Assembly: GCA_938084645.1 (NCBI GenBank)
Contig: CALKEP010000003.1
Span: 1-37,559 of the forward strand
DNA length: 37,559 nt
DNA from: an uncultured Phycisphaerales bacterium
Lineage (GTDB): Bacteria > Planctomycetota > Phycisphaerae > Phycisphaerales > SM1A02
Reading direction: 5' to 3'
The notes under the pieces are model-generated. The model did no database searches, was not told the origin of the DNA, and saw only the letters and a program-made list of their open reading frames with translations. A program made the translations under genes and the position numbers. The first letter of the stretch is position 1. Each line of letters begins with the position of its first letter. Positions 18,501-27,209 of this stretch are shown here, piece by piece.

Positions 18501-18852
18501 GGTCGGCCGCGAGCGTCCCCAGAACGTGGCGGTGTTCGATTTCGAACAGGACGACTGCGTCGGCCGGATCGCGGGTCATCTCTCGAATGCGACGCATGTC
18601 GAGTTCATCGAGGATGGGACGAGGCTGATCTCCGCCGGACAGGATGGAGCGGTCTTCATCTCGCGCCCCGAAGATACCCGTCCGATCGCGAAGCTCCTGC
18701 AGCTCGATCGCGCCATCGATTGGATGACCGTCTCGAAGGATGATGCTTCCATCGTGGTCGTCACCGAAGCGGGGATCCACATCATTCGGGCGCCGAGGTC
18801 GCCGGAGGATCGGACCTTTGTCGAAGATACGTTCGCCCCGAATGTCGATTGA
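15586..18852 (+). CDS. Membrane Ser/Thr protein kinase with C-terminal WD40-like beta-propeller region
   Basis: GTGGTSVV, VAIK, HRDLKPAN, DFG, GTVPFMAPEQ; TM LVGTMILVAIATVVILSVML; WD-like repeats (GGNDGSVRKW, FSPDGGRL, GH...SAGQDG); GTG start overlaps the sigma stop (GTGA). Confidence 0.92.
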   Translation: MSIDAGDPRPVEHSNGDAASRRGARIRELFDAATLLPRADRTGYVMNATDQDSIRDEVLEILEFVDATIVDEPAQPDDALADGVDGLVGSRVGDFDLVRLVGTGGTSVVFEARQRRPDRVVAIKVLRSGFAGPRMRRRFEREVEITGKLQHPGIARILASGSVAIGCRESPWLAMEFVPNARPITRYATDEGLDIAARIRLVREVIGAVRYAHGRGVIHRDLKPANILVDGAGSVRVIDFGIARLDESSSSADTLATMPGQVLGTVPFMAPEQIDAGIDGVDVRTDEYSLGVVVYLLLAERMPYELVDCGIVEAARRIRSIEPASLRRYAPKVDRDLDQVVRKMLQKSPDDRYPSIEAVDLELESWSFGRPVLARPITAPARLWRLARRNPLSASLVGTMILVAIATVVILSVMLDRETGLRRIAISAAAEANLASAISAHAAGDIASMEIRLEEIPESDRGWVYRWLAGAIDPSVMSITGFSGDVIDLDLIEDPPSGSNDWLLVSNYPGLYALDALTGEEIWFTPWLDPTHGWRHALIEPRGLVAAVDLLGRVRVVRLDTGAIVKTTMLPEPIGEIVPSSSGEELLAVGEVGNLYVLDVPNLQVLRKIETGSRSCRSGVWLSDGRIVVGTQEGRVLVFDSDLDSGRSVFETKSNAIRLDKTADDRLVAVGFGDGRTVILRSRDWTVEHELRGGKAGIFGIAFDPDGRVVHTVGTDDSIRSFDLLTGQQTLMIGSSQGYVWSVAVDGNGEHLWTGGNDGSVRKWRRSGGGLTFPGDGTPTVADFEPNGSRFVVMGEDGRMCFGDAELGVWDRSRPGIGEPVVEGRATAIRWIEDDVLFVGCRSSGLWIVDSRTGASRNVIASGSIAEIVRHPDGGVIVGFSDGRLSHVDRDGKVLKTARLPVPDRPHEIPSIRRRMAVSPATRELAIISTGRHGKTGKVDLDTWETVWSPERSAVSYDFDIDFSPDGGRLAMVGRERPQNVAVFDFEQDDCVGRIAGHLSNATHVEFIEDGTRLISAGQDGAVFISRPEDTRPIAKLLQLDRAIDWMTVSKDDASIVVVTEAGIHIIRAPRSPEDRTFVEDTFAPNVD

Positions 18853-18853
18853 T

Positions 18854-20065
18854 TCACGGTCGGAGCCGATCAAGGCCATCCGCGAGATCGGCGATGAGCT
18901 GATCCGTCGACTCGAGGCCGATGGAGGCTCGCAGCAGGGTTCCCGCTTCGGTCCATGGCGTCGCGGTCCGCTCGGTCAGCGGATGCTGGGGAATCAGCAG
19001 GCTCTCGAAGCCGCCCCAGGAGTATCCGAGGGAGAAACACCGCATGCCTTCGAGCATTCGAGCGAGCGGTTCTGCTTCGACCGGATGGAGGAGAATTCCG
19101 AAGAGGCCCGAACCGCGATCGAAATCACGCTTGAAGATCGCGTGTCCGGGGTCTTCAGGAAGACCGGGGTGCAGGACCCGGCTCACCTCTGGACGACCCT
19201 GGAGCCACCGGGCGATCCGGAGCGCCGCCTCCTCCTGCGCGTCGAGTCGTACCGCGAGCGTCCGCAGGCCGCGAAGCGCAAGCCAGGCATCGTCGGGACT
19301 CGCGCCATGACCGAGGTCCATCGCGGTGGTCTTGAGGCGATCCCAGATGGAACGGTCTCGTGCGCAAAGGGCGCCGAGCATGAGATCCGAGTGTCCGCCC
19401 ACGTACTTGGTCAGGGCGTGCACGACGACGTCGACCCCATGTTCGATCGGTCTGAATCCGAGCGGCGTCGCCCAGGTGTTGTCGATCGCGGTGATGATTC
19501 CGCGATCGCGACAGGCGGCGGAGATCGCCGGGACGTCCTGCATCTCGAACGTGACGGAGCCGGGGGATTCCATGAAGACCAGCCGGGTGTTCTCCCGGAA
19601 GAGATGCTCGATCCCCGGGCGGCCGTCCTGTCCGATCCTCGGATCGTAGTAGGTGGTCTCGACTCCGAAACGAGCGAGGATTCCTTCGCACAGGATCCGA
19701 CTGGGGCCGTAGCACGAGTCGACCATGAGAAGGTGATCGCCTCGGCCGACGAATGCCATCAGCGCGACACCGACCGCGGCGAGGCCGCTCTCGACGAGTA
19801 TCGCGCCGTCGGCCGCGTCGAGATCGGCGATCGATCCTGCCAGGGCGCGTTCGGTCGGGGTGTCGAGCAGGCCGTAGCTGTAGGGTCCGTTCTGAAGATC
19901 GAACGAGAGTGCATTCTCGAATTCCGCCAGCGTCTCGAACGTGACGGTGGATCCGCGAACCACCGCTGGATTGACGAATCCGTGTTTCGGCCTGCCGGTA
20001 CGGGCGAGTGCGCTGCGGGCGGCTGCATTCCGGCCGGGTACGTGATCTTCGGGTGAATCGGTCAT
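18854..20065 (-). CDS. metC: Cystathionine beta-lyase (PLP-dependent trans-sulfuration enzyme)
   Basis: VNPAVVRGST, SGLAA, ESPGS, DNTWAT, ALTKYVGGHSD (PLP Lys), GYSWGGFESL, SIGLE. Confidence 0.92.
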   Translation of the reverse strand: MTDSPEDHVPGRNAAARSALARTGRPKHGFVNPAVVRGSTVTFETLAEFENALSFDLQNGPYSYGLLDTPTERALAGSIADLDAADGAILVESGLAAVGVALMAFVGRGDHLLMVDSCYGPSRILCEGILARFGVETTYYDPRIGQDGRPGIEHLFRENTRLVFMESPGSVTFEMQDVPAISAACRDRGIITAIDNTWATPLGFRPIEHGVDVVVHALTKYVGGHSDLMLGALCARDRSIWDRLKTTAMDLGHGASPDDAWLALRGLRTLAVRLDAQEEAALRIARWLQGRPEVSRVLHPGLPEDPGHAIFKRDFDRGSGLFGILLHPVEAEPLARMLEGMRCFSLGYSWGGFESLLIPQHPLTERTATPWTEAGTLLRASIGLESTDQLIADLADGLDRLRP

Positions 20066-20341
20066 GGAGGGAGGAGACTAGCGAGTCGCGGGGCGGCGAC
20101 GCGATGTCGCGACCCACGCGCGAAGGGGCCGGCGGACCGGGAATTCATCGGATTCGCTGGCCATCGCTCCGGGCATGCAGGCTCGTCGAATCAGGATCCA
20201 CACACCCGTTTTCCGGCCGATACGGCCGATCGACACGATCGTTTACCAAATTGTTCAGGTTCCGAGAATCCCTTGCCCGATCCAACGAGTGGCTCCGTCG
20301 TGGAGCTCTTCACCTTCCCCATTGATTGGGAGACCCGCGTC

Positions 20342-20578
20342 ATGAAGGGATTCGACGTCATCAAGAGCTTCGCAAAGGAGCTCATCGAGATTCTCGTGCT
20401 GTTCATCGCCCTGGGCGTTCTCGCCCAGATCACGTTCGGTGACAAGGTCACCTTCTTCAACGGCGTGGTCTCAAACCTCATGGGGCTCATCAATGAGTTC
20501 GGTTCGAACGGCCTGGTGGGGCTGATCGCACTTCTTCTCATCGTGAGCATCTACCGAAGAAATACGACGACCGCCTGA
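20342..20578 (+). CDS. Hypothetical small two-TM membrane protein (78 aa)
   Basis: GGGAGA SD before ATG 20342; C/G-ending codons; two hydrophobic segments; followed by a terminator. Confidence 0.8.
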   Translation: MKGFDVIKSFAKELIEILVLFIALGVLAQITFGDKVTFFNGVVSNLMGLINEFGSNGLVGLIALLLIVSIYRRNTTTA

Positions 20579-20605
20579 TACGGGCCATTCGAAGGTATCG
20601 AACAC

Positions 20606-20638
20606 GACCGCCGTCCCGTCTTCCACGGGGCGGCGGTC
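20606..20638. terminator. Intrinsic terminator hairpin between convergent genes
   Basis: GACCGCCGTCCCGT-cttcc-ACGGGGCGGCGGTC (14 bp, one G-U) followed by TCTCTTTCC. Confidence 0.75.
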
Positions 20639-20670
20639 TCTCTTTCCGGGTTGGTCTCGAATGACGCCGC

Positions 20671-22041
20671 TCAGGCGAGGAGCGAACCTGGATCCTCGAG
20701 CAGACGCTTCACGGTGTTGAGGAACCGGGCCCCCTCGGCGCCGTCGACGACGCGGTGGTCGCAGGAGAGGCTGAGCGGAAGGGCCGTGCCGGCGAAGATC
20801 ATGCCGTCCCTCGCCATGACCTTCTCGAAGGACCGACCGGCGGCGAGGATGCCGACTTCGGGATAGTTGATGATCGGCGTCGCGAACCGTCCGCCGTAGC
20901 TGCCGACGTTCGAGATCGTGAAGGTGCCGCCGGTCAGTCGTTCCCGCGGGATGGTGCGGTTCTTGCAGCCCTCCGCCACGTCGGCGACGGCCTGTCCGAG
21001 CTCCACGAGGGACATGCGATCGGCGTTCCCGATCACCGGAACCATGAGGCCGTGATCGGTGTCGACCGCACAACCGAGGTTCACGACATCCTTGATCAGG
21101 ATCTCCTCTCGGGCGTCGTCGACGTTGGCGTTGATCGCAGGGTGCTTGCGCAGCGCCCGGCACGTCGCGGTCATGATGAAGGGGAGCAACGAGAGTCGGG
21201 TGCCGAGGACCTTCGCGTACTCCCGTCGCTTGACTTCGAGCTCGGTCACGTCGACCTCGTCGACCACCGTGAAGTGGACCGCGGTCTTGACCGAGAGGTC
21301 GAGGGCCTGGGCGATCTTGCGCCGCACGCCGCGGAAGGGGATCCGCTCCTTGATCCCGTCGGCGGACACGGGGGGGAGGTCCCGCGGCGCGGCCGAGAGG
21401 CTCGCGGCGGTGATCACCGCGGCGTCGGTCGCGTCGGTGTTGACGTTCGCCGCGGGGGCGCCGTCGCGTCCGAGTGACGCGTGGGCATGGACGTCGCTCG
21501 CGGTGACCCGACCGCCCCGGCCGGTGCCGGGAACGTGGTCGATGTCGATTCCGAGTTCCCGCGCGACCCGGCGGACCGCAGGGGTCGCCATCGCCTTGCC
21601 TGCCGCGGCGACTCCGTTGGTGGGTGATTCGTGCTCGGGGTTTCGGGAGAAACGGCTGCTCACCTCGAGGGTCCCGCTCATCGTGCCGACCACGGTCCCC
21701 TGATCGCCCTCGCTCGAGTCGTCGCTCGTGGACGCCTCGGCAGGAGTGTCCTTCGCCGGCGTCCCGGGGGCGGCGCCACCGTCGACCTTGTAGGTCACGA
21801 GGATCGACCCGACGTTGATGATGTCACCTTCGCTGCCACGAAGTTCGTCGATGACGCCGGTCCAGGGACTCGGGACTTCGACCAACGCCTTGTCGGTCTC
21901 CATCTCGGCCATGGTCTGGTGTTCCTGAACCTGCTCGCCGGGTTTGACCTTCCAGCTGATGAGCTCGGCTTCATGCACGCCTTCACCGAGATCGGGAAGG
22001 ATGAAGTGCGACTTGTCGGCGGGTTGCTTGGTGGCGGCCAT
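20671..22041 (-). CDS. pdhC: 2-oxoacid dehydrogenase E2, dihydrolipoamide acyltransferase (one lipoyl domain)
   Basis: LPDLGEGVHE, METDKA (lipoyl Lys), ATPAVRR...GTGRGGRV, GGTFTISN, DHRVVDG; start ATG 22041. Confidence 0.93.
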   Translation of the reverse strand: MAATKQPADKSHFILPDLGEGVHEAELISWKVKPGEQVQEHQTMAEMETDKALVEVPSPWTGVIDELRGSEGDIINVGSILVTYKVDGGAAPGTPAKDTPAEASTSDDSSEGDQGTVVGTMSGTLEVSSRFSRNPEHESPTNGVAAAGKAMATPAVRRVARELGIDIDHVPGTGRGGRVTASDVHAHASLGRDGAPAANVNTDATDAAVITAASLSAAPRDLPPVSADGIKERIPFRGVRRKIAQALDLSVKTAVHFTVVDEVDVTELEVKRREYAKVLGTRLSLLPFIMTATCRALRKHPAINANVDDAREEILIKDVVNLGCAVDTDHGLMVPVIGNADRMSLVELGQAVADVAEGCKNRTIPRERLTGGTFTISNVGSYGGRFATPIINYPEVGILAAGRSFEKVMARDGMIFAGTALPLSLSCDHRVVDGAEGARFLNTVKRLLEDPGSLLA

Positions 22042-22097
22042 GGAGTGGATCCGGAGTTCGATGCGCTGAGGGTTCGGTTCGGTGTCGACGGACGGGA

Positions 22098-23066
22098 TCA
22101 GTACGCGGAGATCTCGTCGATGGCGAGTCCGATGCGTTCGGTATCGGGCAGGTACTCGAGCTCGAGCTTGTAGTACGGCATGATCGTGTCGAAGCCAGCG
22201 ACCCGCTGGACGGGCGCCTCGAGGTGCAGGAAGCAGCGTTCCATGATCCGCGTCGCGATCTCTGCGCCGAACCCTCCGGTCTTCGGCGCTTCGTGGACGA
22301 TGACGCAGCGACCGGTCTTCCGGACGCTGGCCTCGACCGCCTCCATGTCGAAGGGGTAGAGGGTCCGGAGATCGATGAGCTCGATGCTTCGTTCGCTCTT
22401 CTCGATCGCCTGCATGCACTGCACCACGCTGGCGCCCCAGCTGACGATGGTGAGATCCTCGCCTTCGCACACGGTTCGGGCCTTGCCGATCGGAAGCACG
22501 TACTCGTCCTCGGGAACCTCTTCCCGGAACGCTCGGTAGATCCGCTTCGGTTCGAAGAAGATGCACGGATCGGGATCCCGGAGGCACGCGATGAGCAGGC
22601 CCTTCGCGTCGTACGGCGAGCTCGGCATCACGACCTTGAGGCCGGGCTGGTGGATGTAGATGTTCTCGGGGGAATCGCTGTGCAGTTCGGGGGCGTGGAT
22701 GCCGCCGCCGACCGGAACGCGGATGGTGAGCGGAACCGTCAGGCCGCCGCGGGTCCGTGTGCGCATCCGCGCCGCGTGTGAGCAGATCTGGTCGTAGGCG
22801 GGGCCGAGAAACCCGTCGAACTGGATCTCGGGGACGGGTCGAAGGCCCGCCATCGCAAGACCGATCGAGGTTCCGATGATGCCACTCTCGGCGAGCGGGG
22901 TGTCGACGACCCGGTGATCGCCGAATCGCTTCTGAAGTCCTTCGGTGACGCGGAAGACGCCGCCGTTGAGGCCCACGTCCTCTCCGAGGAGGAGAACACG
23001 GTCGTCCTTCTCCATCTCCTGGACGAGGGCGAGGTTGATCGCTTGCACGAGGGTGAGGCTGGCCAT
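22098..23066 (-). CDS. pdhB: 2-oxoacid (pyruvate/branched-chain) dehydrogenase E1 beta subunit
   Basis: GEDVG.NGGVFRVT, DTPLAE, EIQF, HSDSPE, FFEPK, DLRTL. Confidence 0.94.
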   Translation of the reverse strand: MASLTLVQAINLALVQEMEKDDRVLLLGEDVGLNGGVFRVTEGLQKRFGDHRVVDTPLAESGIIGTSIGLAMAGLRPVPEIQFDGFLGPAYDQICSHAARMRTRTRGGLTVPLTIRVPVGGGIHAPELHSDSPENIYIHQPGLKVVMPSSPYDAKGLLIACLRDPDPCIFFEPKRIYRAFREEVPEDEYVLPIGKARTVCEGEDLTIVSWGASVVQCMQAIEKSERSIELIDLRTLYPFDMEAVEASVRKTGRCVIVHEAPKTGGFGAEIATRIMERCFLHLEAPVQRVAGFDTIMPYYKLELEYLPDTERIGLAIDEISAY

Positions 23067-23136
23067 CGGTTGCGTTCCGTCTGGAATCGGGACGAGTTCG
23101 TCCCAGGGGGTGCGGTGAGGAGGAGACCGTCCGTGC

Positions 23137-24255
23137 TCAGGCGTTGGTCGCCTGGGTGGACTCGATCTGCGAGGGATCCTGCCCGATCGAACTGGTTCGC
23201 CGGGTGCGTCGCTGAAGGTCGAGATCCGGGGGGATCTCGGCGTACATCGCGTTGAAGAAGTCGTCGCTGTCCGGCGCGTCGATGTTCTCGGCGCGATGCA
23301 CGATGCCCGCGGTGTCGGCTTCGACCTTCTCGGCGAGCGCCGCTTCCTTCGAATCGTCCCAGATGCCGAGTTCCTTCATGTATCCGCGGACCCGGATCAG
23401 TGGATCACGCTGTCGCCACAGTTCGACCTCCTCCTCGTCGCGATAGCGACGGGCGTCGTCGGCCGTGGTGTGGTCGCCGAGGCGATAGGTGACGCCCTCG
23501 ACGAAGAACGGTCGACCGTGTTCGCGGCCCATCGCGACGGCCTTCCGCATGCAGTACACGACCGCGAAGATGTCGTTGCCGTCGCACTGGATGGTGTCCA
23601 TGCCGTACGCGACCGCCCGCTGGGCGACGGTCGGAGCGGAGCACTGGATCCGTCCGGGGACCGAGATCGCCCAGTGGTTGTTCTGGCAGAAGAAGACGAC
23701 CGGGATGTCGAGGTTCGCGGCGAAGTTCATCGCCTCGTGGAAGTCACCCTCGCTGGTCGCCCCGTCGCCGAAGAACGTGCAGGCGACCCGCTTCTCGCCG
23801 CGGTACTTGCTCGCCCAGGCGAGACCGGTGGCGTGCAGCATCTGGGTGCCGATCGGCACCGCGATCGGCGTCACGCAGAGCGCCGGATCGATGTTGTTGC
23901 CGCGTTCGTCGCCCATCCAGTGGAGCAGGATCTTCTCGGGGGGAAGTCCCCGGTGGAAGAGTCCGCAGTTCTCGCGGTAGCAGGTGACCAGCCAGTCGTC
24001 CTGGTTGAGGACGTAGGCGGCGCCGAGCGAGTTGGCCTCCTGACCCATGTTCTGGGGGTAGGTTCCCATCCGGCCGGATCGTTGAAGCTTGAAGGCGACC
24101 TCGTCGAGCTTTCGACAGAGCGTCATCTCCTCGTACAGGCGGATGAGGTCGTCGTTCGGGATCAGATCCTTTCCGAGTTCGGCGTCGAACTGGCCGTGCT
24201 CGTCGAGGATCGAGATCCGCTTGATCTCGGTGGTGAGTGCGTTGGTGATCGGCAT
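23137..24255 (-). CDS. pdhA: 2-oxoacid (pyruvate/branched-chain) dehydrogenase E1 alpha subunit
   Basis: LQRSGR, GQEA, TPP motif GDGATSEGDF...QNN, YRLGDHTTADD. Confidence 0.94.
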   Translation of the reverse strand: MPITNALTTEIKRISILDEHGQFDAELGKDLIPNDDLIRLYEEMTLCRKLDEVAFKLQRSGRMGTYPQNMGQEANSLGAAYVLNQDDWLVTCYRENCGLFHRGLPPEKILLHWMGDERGNNIDPALCVTPIAVPIGTQMLHATGLAWASKYRGEKRVACTFFGDGATSEGDFHEAMNFAANLDIPVVFFCQNNHWAISVPGRIQCSAPTVAQRAVAYGMDTIQCDGNDIFAVVYCMRKAVAMGREHGRPFFVEGVTYRLGDHTTADDARRYRDEEEVELWRQRDPLIRVRGYMKELGIWDDSKEAALAEKVEADTAGIVHRAENIDAPDSDDFFNAMYAEIPPDLDLQRRTRRTSSIGQDPSQIESTQATNA

Positions 24256-24452
24256 GAGCGAAGGGTCCGTGAAGCGGTCGGGCGGATCGGGGCGATGATG
24301 GGCGGCTCGCCCGGTAGCGGAGGAGTCGGGGATGACCGGTCGGCCGGTCAGGAAGGCTGTTCAGGAACGCCCCGAGGTCGTTTTCCCGGCTTGGCGTCCT
24401 CCCTCGGGAGGAGGGTCGGCGACGCGTCGCCCCCGGGTGAGGAATGGCCCCC

Positions 24453-24461
24453 ATTCTACCA
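24453..24461 (-). promoter_or_regulatory. Extended -10 promoter element for the E1a-E1b-E2 operon
   Basis: Minus strand TG-G-TAGAAT about 200 nt upstream of the E1 alpha start. Confidence 0.45.
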
Positions 24462-24588
24462 ACCTCGACCTCCATGTTCGACGTTCCGGCCCTCCTGATC
24501 GCCGGAGAGATCACGGTGGGCCCGCAAAGAGGCGTGAATCGCGGTTCTCGGGCAGAAGGTGGCGTCGTGGGGCGGCGGTCGACGAGGC

Positions 24589-26214
24589 TCAGAATCCGAC
24601 CGCCTGCCCGTCGGCGCGAAGATCACTCCCCGCACACCAGCCATCCTCGATCGCATGGATCGCCTGGCCGCGGCCGAAACTCACGGATCGCTGCTCCGCC
24701 TGCTTCACCCGATGCCCACGCTGGGCGAGGACCTCGCGGACCGTGGGATCGAAGCCCGGTTCGAGGCTCACATTGACGCCGCTCATCCACTGGAAGCGGG
24801 GTGCATCGAGGGCCGCCTGGGGATTCTGGCGGTGGTCGCGAACCCGACTCAGGACCTGGAGGTGTCCCTGTGGCTGCATGAAGCCGCCCATGACGCCGAA
24901 CGCCATGAGCCCGTCGGCGGGCGATGCGGCGGGGTCGGTCGGGGTGGCCATCGCGGGAATGATGGTGTGATAGGGCCGCTTGTCCGGCGCGATTCGGTTC
25001 GGGTGTCCGTCCGCGAGATGGAAGCAGGCGCCGCGATTCTGCATCGCGATTCCCCATCCGGGGATCACCACGCCCGATCCGAACCCGGTGTAGTTGCTCT
25101 GGATCAGACTGACGCAGCGGCCCTCGCCATCGGCGGTGCAGAGCAGGATGGTGCCGCCGGGTTTCGGGATGCCCGCATCGAACGTCTGTGCCTTCGATCG
25201 GTCGATGTCCGCGGCCAGTCGTGCGAGCCGGTCGTCGGCGAGGAGTTCCGAGGGTGCGACGTCGACGAAGCGTGGATCCGCCACGTGGCGGTGGGCGTCG
25301 GCGAAGCCCAGTTTGACCGCCTCGATCTCGAGATGCAGCGCATCGGGTCCGTCCGGGTCGAGGTCCTCCATCTCGAAGTGCCGCAGCACGCCGAGCGCGA
25401 CCAGGGCCGCGAGTCCCTGCCCGTTGGGGGGAATCTCGTGCAGCGTGGTGCCGCGATAGTCGACGCCGATCGGATCCACACGGAGGGACTCGTGGTTCGC
25501 AAGGTCGCTTGCCCGCATGAATCCACCCTCGGCGCGGGCCGACCGCTCGATCGCATCGGCGATCTCGCCCCGGTAGAACGCTTCGCCTTCGCTCTCGGCG
25601 ATCGCCCGGAGGGTGCGGGCGTGCCCGGGCAGTCGGACCAGCTGGCCGGGCTTCGGCGCTTCGCCGTCGAAGAGGAAGGCGTCCTTCCAATCCTCGCGAT
25701 CCGAATAGCCTCGAGCGGCGCGGCCCCAGAGACCGGCGGTCTGCGGTGCGACGAGATAGCCGTTCTCGGCGTAGTCGATCGCGGGTGCCATGAGATCGGC
25801 GAACGGAAGTCGGCCGTGCGCTCGCCAGAGATCGACCCACATCGCGACGCCACCGGGAACGGTGACGGGTTTCCATCCGCTTCGTGGCATTCGTCGTTCG
25901 TTCTCGAACGCCGTGACATCGAGGCCCGCCGGGCTCCGACCCGACCCGTTGAACCCGGTCACCGGTGAACCCCCGGAAACACCGTTCGCATCGTGCACCA
26001 GGGCGAAGGCGTCGCCGCCCAGACCGTTGGTGGTGGGCTCGACGACGGTCATGCACGCCGCGGTCGCGATGGCGGCATCCGCCGCGGTGCCGCCTCGGCG
26101 AAGCATGTCGAGCCCCGCCGCCGCCGCCACCGGGACGCTCGTCGCGACGATGTTCCTGGCCGTCACGGGCTCGCGCTGCGAGGGATAGGGAAGTCGATAG
26201 TCGATTCGGCTCAT
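24589..26214 (-). CDS. ggt: Gamma-glutamyltransferase family protein (cytoplasmic YwrD-like subgroup)
   Basis: VVEPTTNGLGGDAF, TVPG, EIPPNGQG, GGT (nucleophile Thr), QSNY.GFGSG, KRPYHTIIP, GVMGGFMQPQG; no signal peptide. Confidence 0.93.
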   Translation of the reverse strand: MSRIDYRLPYPSQREPVTARNIVATSVPVAAAAGLDMLRRGGTAADAAIATAACMTVVEPTTNGLGGDAFALVHDANGVSGGSPVTGFNGSGRSPAGLDVTAFENERRMPRSGWKPVTVPGGVAMWVDLWRAHGRLPFADLMAPAIDYAENGYLVAPQTAGLWGRAARGYSDREDWKDAFLFDGEAPKPGQLVRLPGHARTLRAIAESEGEAFYRGEIADAIERSARAEGGFMRASDLANHESLRVDPIGVDYRGTTLHEIPPNGQGLAALVALGVLRHFEMEDLDPDGPDALHLEIEAVKLGFADAHRHVADPRFVDVAPSELLADDRLARLAADIDRSKAQTFDAGIPKPGGTILLCTADGEGRCVSLIQSNYTGFGSGVVIPGWGIAMQNRGACFHLADGHPNRIAPDKRPYHTIIPAMATPTDPAASPADGLMAFGVMGGFMQPQGHLQVLSRVRDHRQNPQAALDAPRFQWMSGVNVSLEPGFDPTVREVLAQRGHRVKQAEQRSVSFGRGQAIHAIEDGWCAGSDLRADGQAVGF

Positions 26215-26220
26215 GCACGA

Positions 26221-26229
26221 AGGCTAGCA
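26221..26229 (-). promoter_or_regulatory. Extended -10 element directly upstream of ggt (candidate leaderless promoter)
   Basis: Minus strand TG-C-TAGCCT, then 6 nt, then ATG 26214; no SD. Confidence 0.45.
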
Positions 26230-26277
26230 CAGGCCGAAGCGGGTACGGTTTCGTCCGGTCGACCCGGAGACGAGTTC

Positions 26278-27147
26278 ATGCTCATTTGGATCCTCCTGCT
26301 CCTTCCGATACTCGTGCTCATGCCGGCCGGGTGCATCCGGAACCAGAACGCCAAGCCGACCCCGACCCGGCGACCGCTCATCGTCGCCCACCGAGGGGCG
26401 TCGGGAGATGCACCCGAGAACACGATGGCCGCCTTCGCGATGGGATTCGACCGGAATGCGGATGCCGTCGAGGGCGATTTTCGACTCACCCGCGACGGCA
26501 TCATCGTCGCGATGCACGACCGCGATCTCCTGCGAACGACGGGCGACCCGCGACGCGTGGACGAGGTCGACTTCGACGATCTGCAACGGCTCGACGCCGG
26601 CGCATGGGGTCGGTGGCGGGACGAAGGATTCACCGGCGAGCGGGTCCCCTCGCTCGAATCGATACTCGAAACGCTTCCCAAGGGTCGTGGCGTGTTCATC
26701 GAGGTCAAGGATTCCCCACGAATCGTTCCGGCGCTGGTCGAGGTGGTCGATCGATCGGGGATCGACGTTGCGATGATCACGGTGATCTCATTCGATCCGG
26801 TCGTGATCGAGACCATCAAGTCGCAGCGACCCGACTGGCGGGCGCTCCTGGTGACGGGGTTTGAACGGCGGGATGGCGGTTGGTCGCCGGAACCCGGCGA
26901 CTTGATCCAGACGGCGAGGAAGATCCAGGCGGACGGCGTCGACGTCCAGGCTTCGCTCGACGTGATCGACGAGCCCTTCGTATCGGCCGTTCGCGAGGCG
27001 GGATTGGAGTTGCACGTCTGGACCGTCGACGATCCGGAAGTCGCGCGAACGTTGGCCGGGTTCGGCGTTGATTCGATCACCACGAATCTGCCGGGCGTCA
27101 TCGGGCGATCGTTGAGGGAGACCGGCGTGGGAAATGACCCTCGATAA
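26278..27147 (+). CDS. Glycerophosphodiester phosphodiesterase, exported
   Basis: AHRGASGDAPENT, EGD, MHD, EVK, ISFD, WTVDD, ITTN; hydrophobic N-terminus; GGAGA SD before ATG 26278. Confidence 0.93.
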   Translation: MLIWILLLLPILVLMPAGCIRNQNAKPTPTRRPLIVAHRGASGDAPENTMAAFAMGFDRNADAVEGDFRLTRDGIIVAMHDRDLLRTTGDPRRVDEVDFDDLQRLDAGAWGRWRDEGFTGERVPSLESILETLPKGRGVFIEVKDSPRIVPALVEVVDRSGIDVAMITVISFDPVVIETIKSQRPDWRALLVTGFERRDGGWSPEPGDLIQTARKIQADGVDVQASLDVIDEPFVSAVREAGLELHVWTVDDPEVARTLAGFGVDSITTNLPGVIGRSLRETGVGNDPR

Positions 27148-27209
27148 GGCGGCCCGCCATCGAGAAATCGTCGAGGAGTTTTCGATCCCCGGCGTATGAT
27201 GACGGCTCG

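Noticed and set aside
20066..20341. SAM or other riboswitch upstream of metC
   Set aside because: No recognisable aptamer consensus, and a -10-like element sits 9 nt from the start codon, leaving no leader
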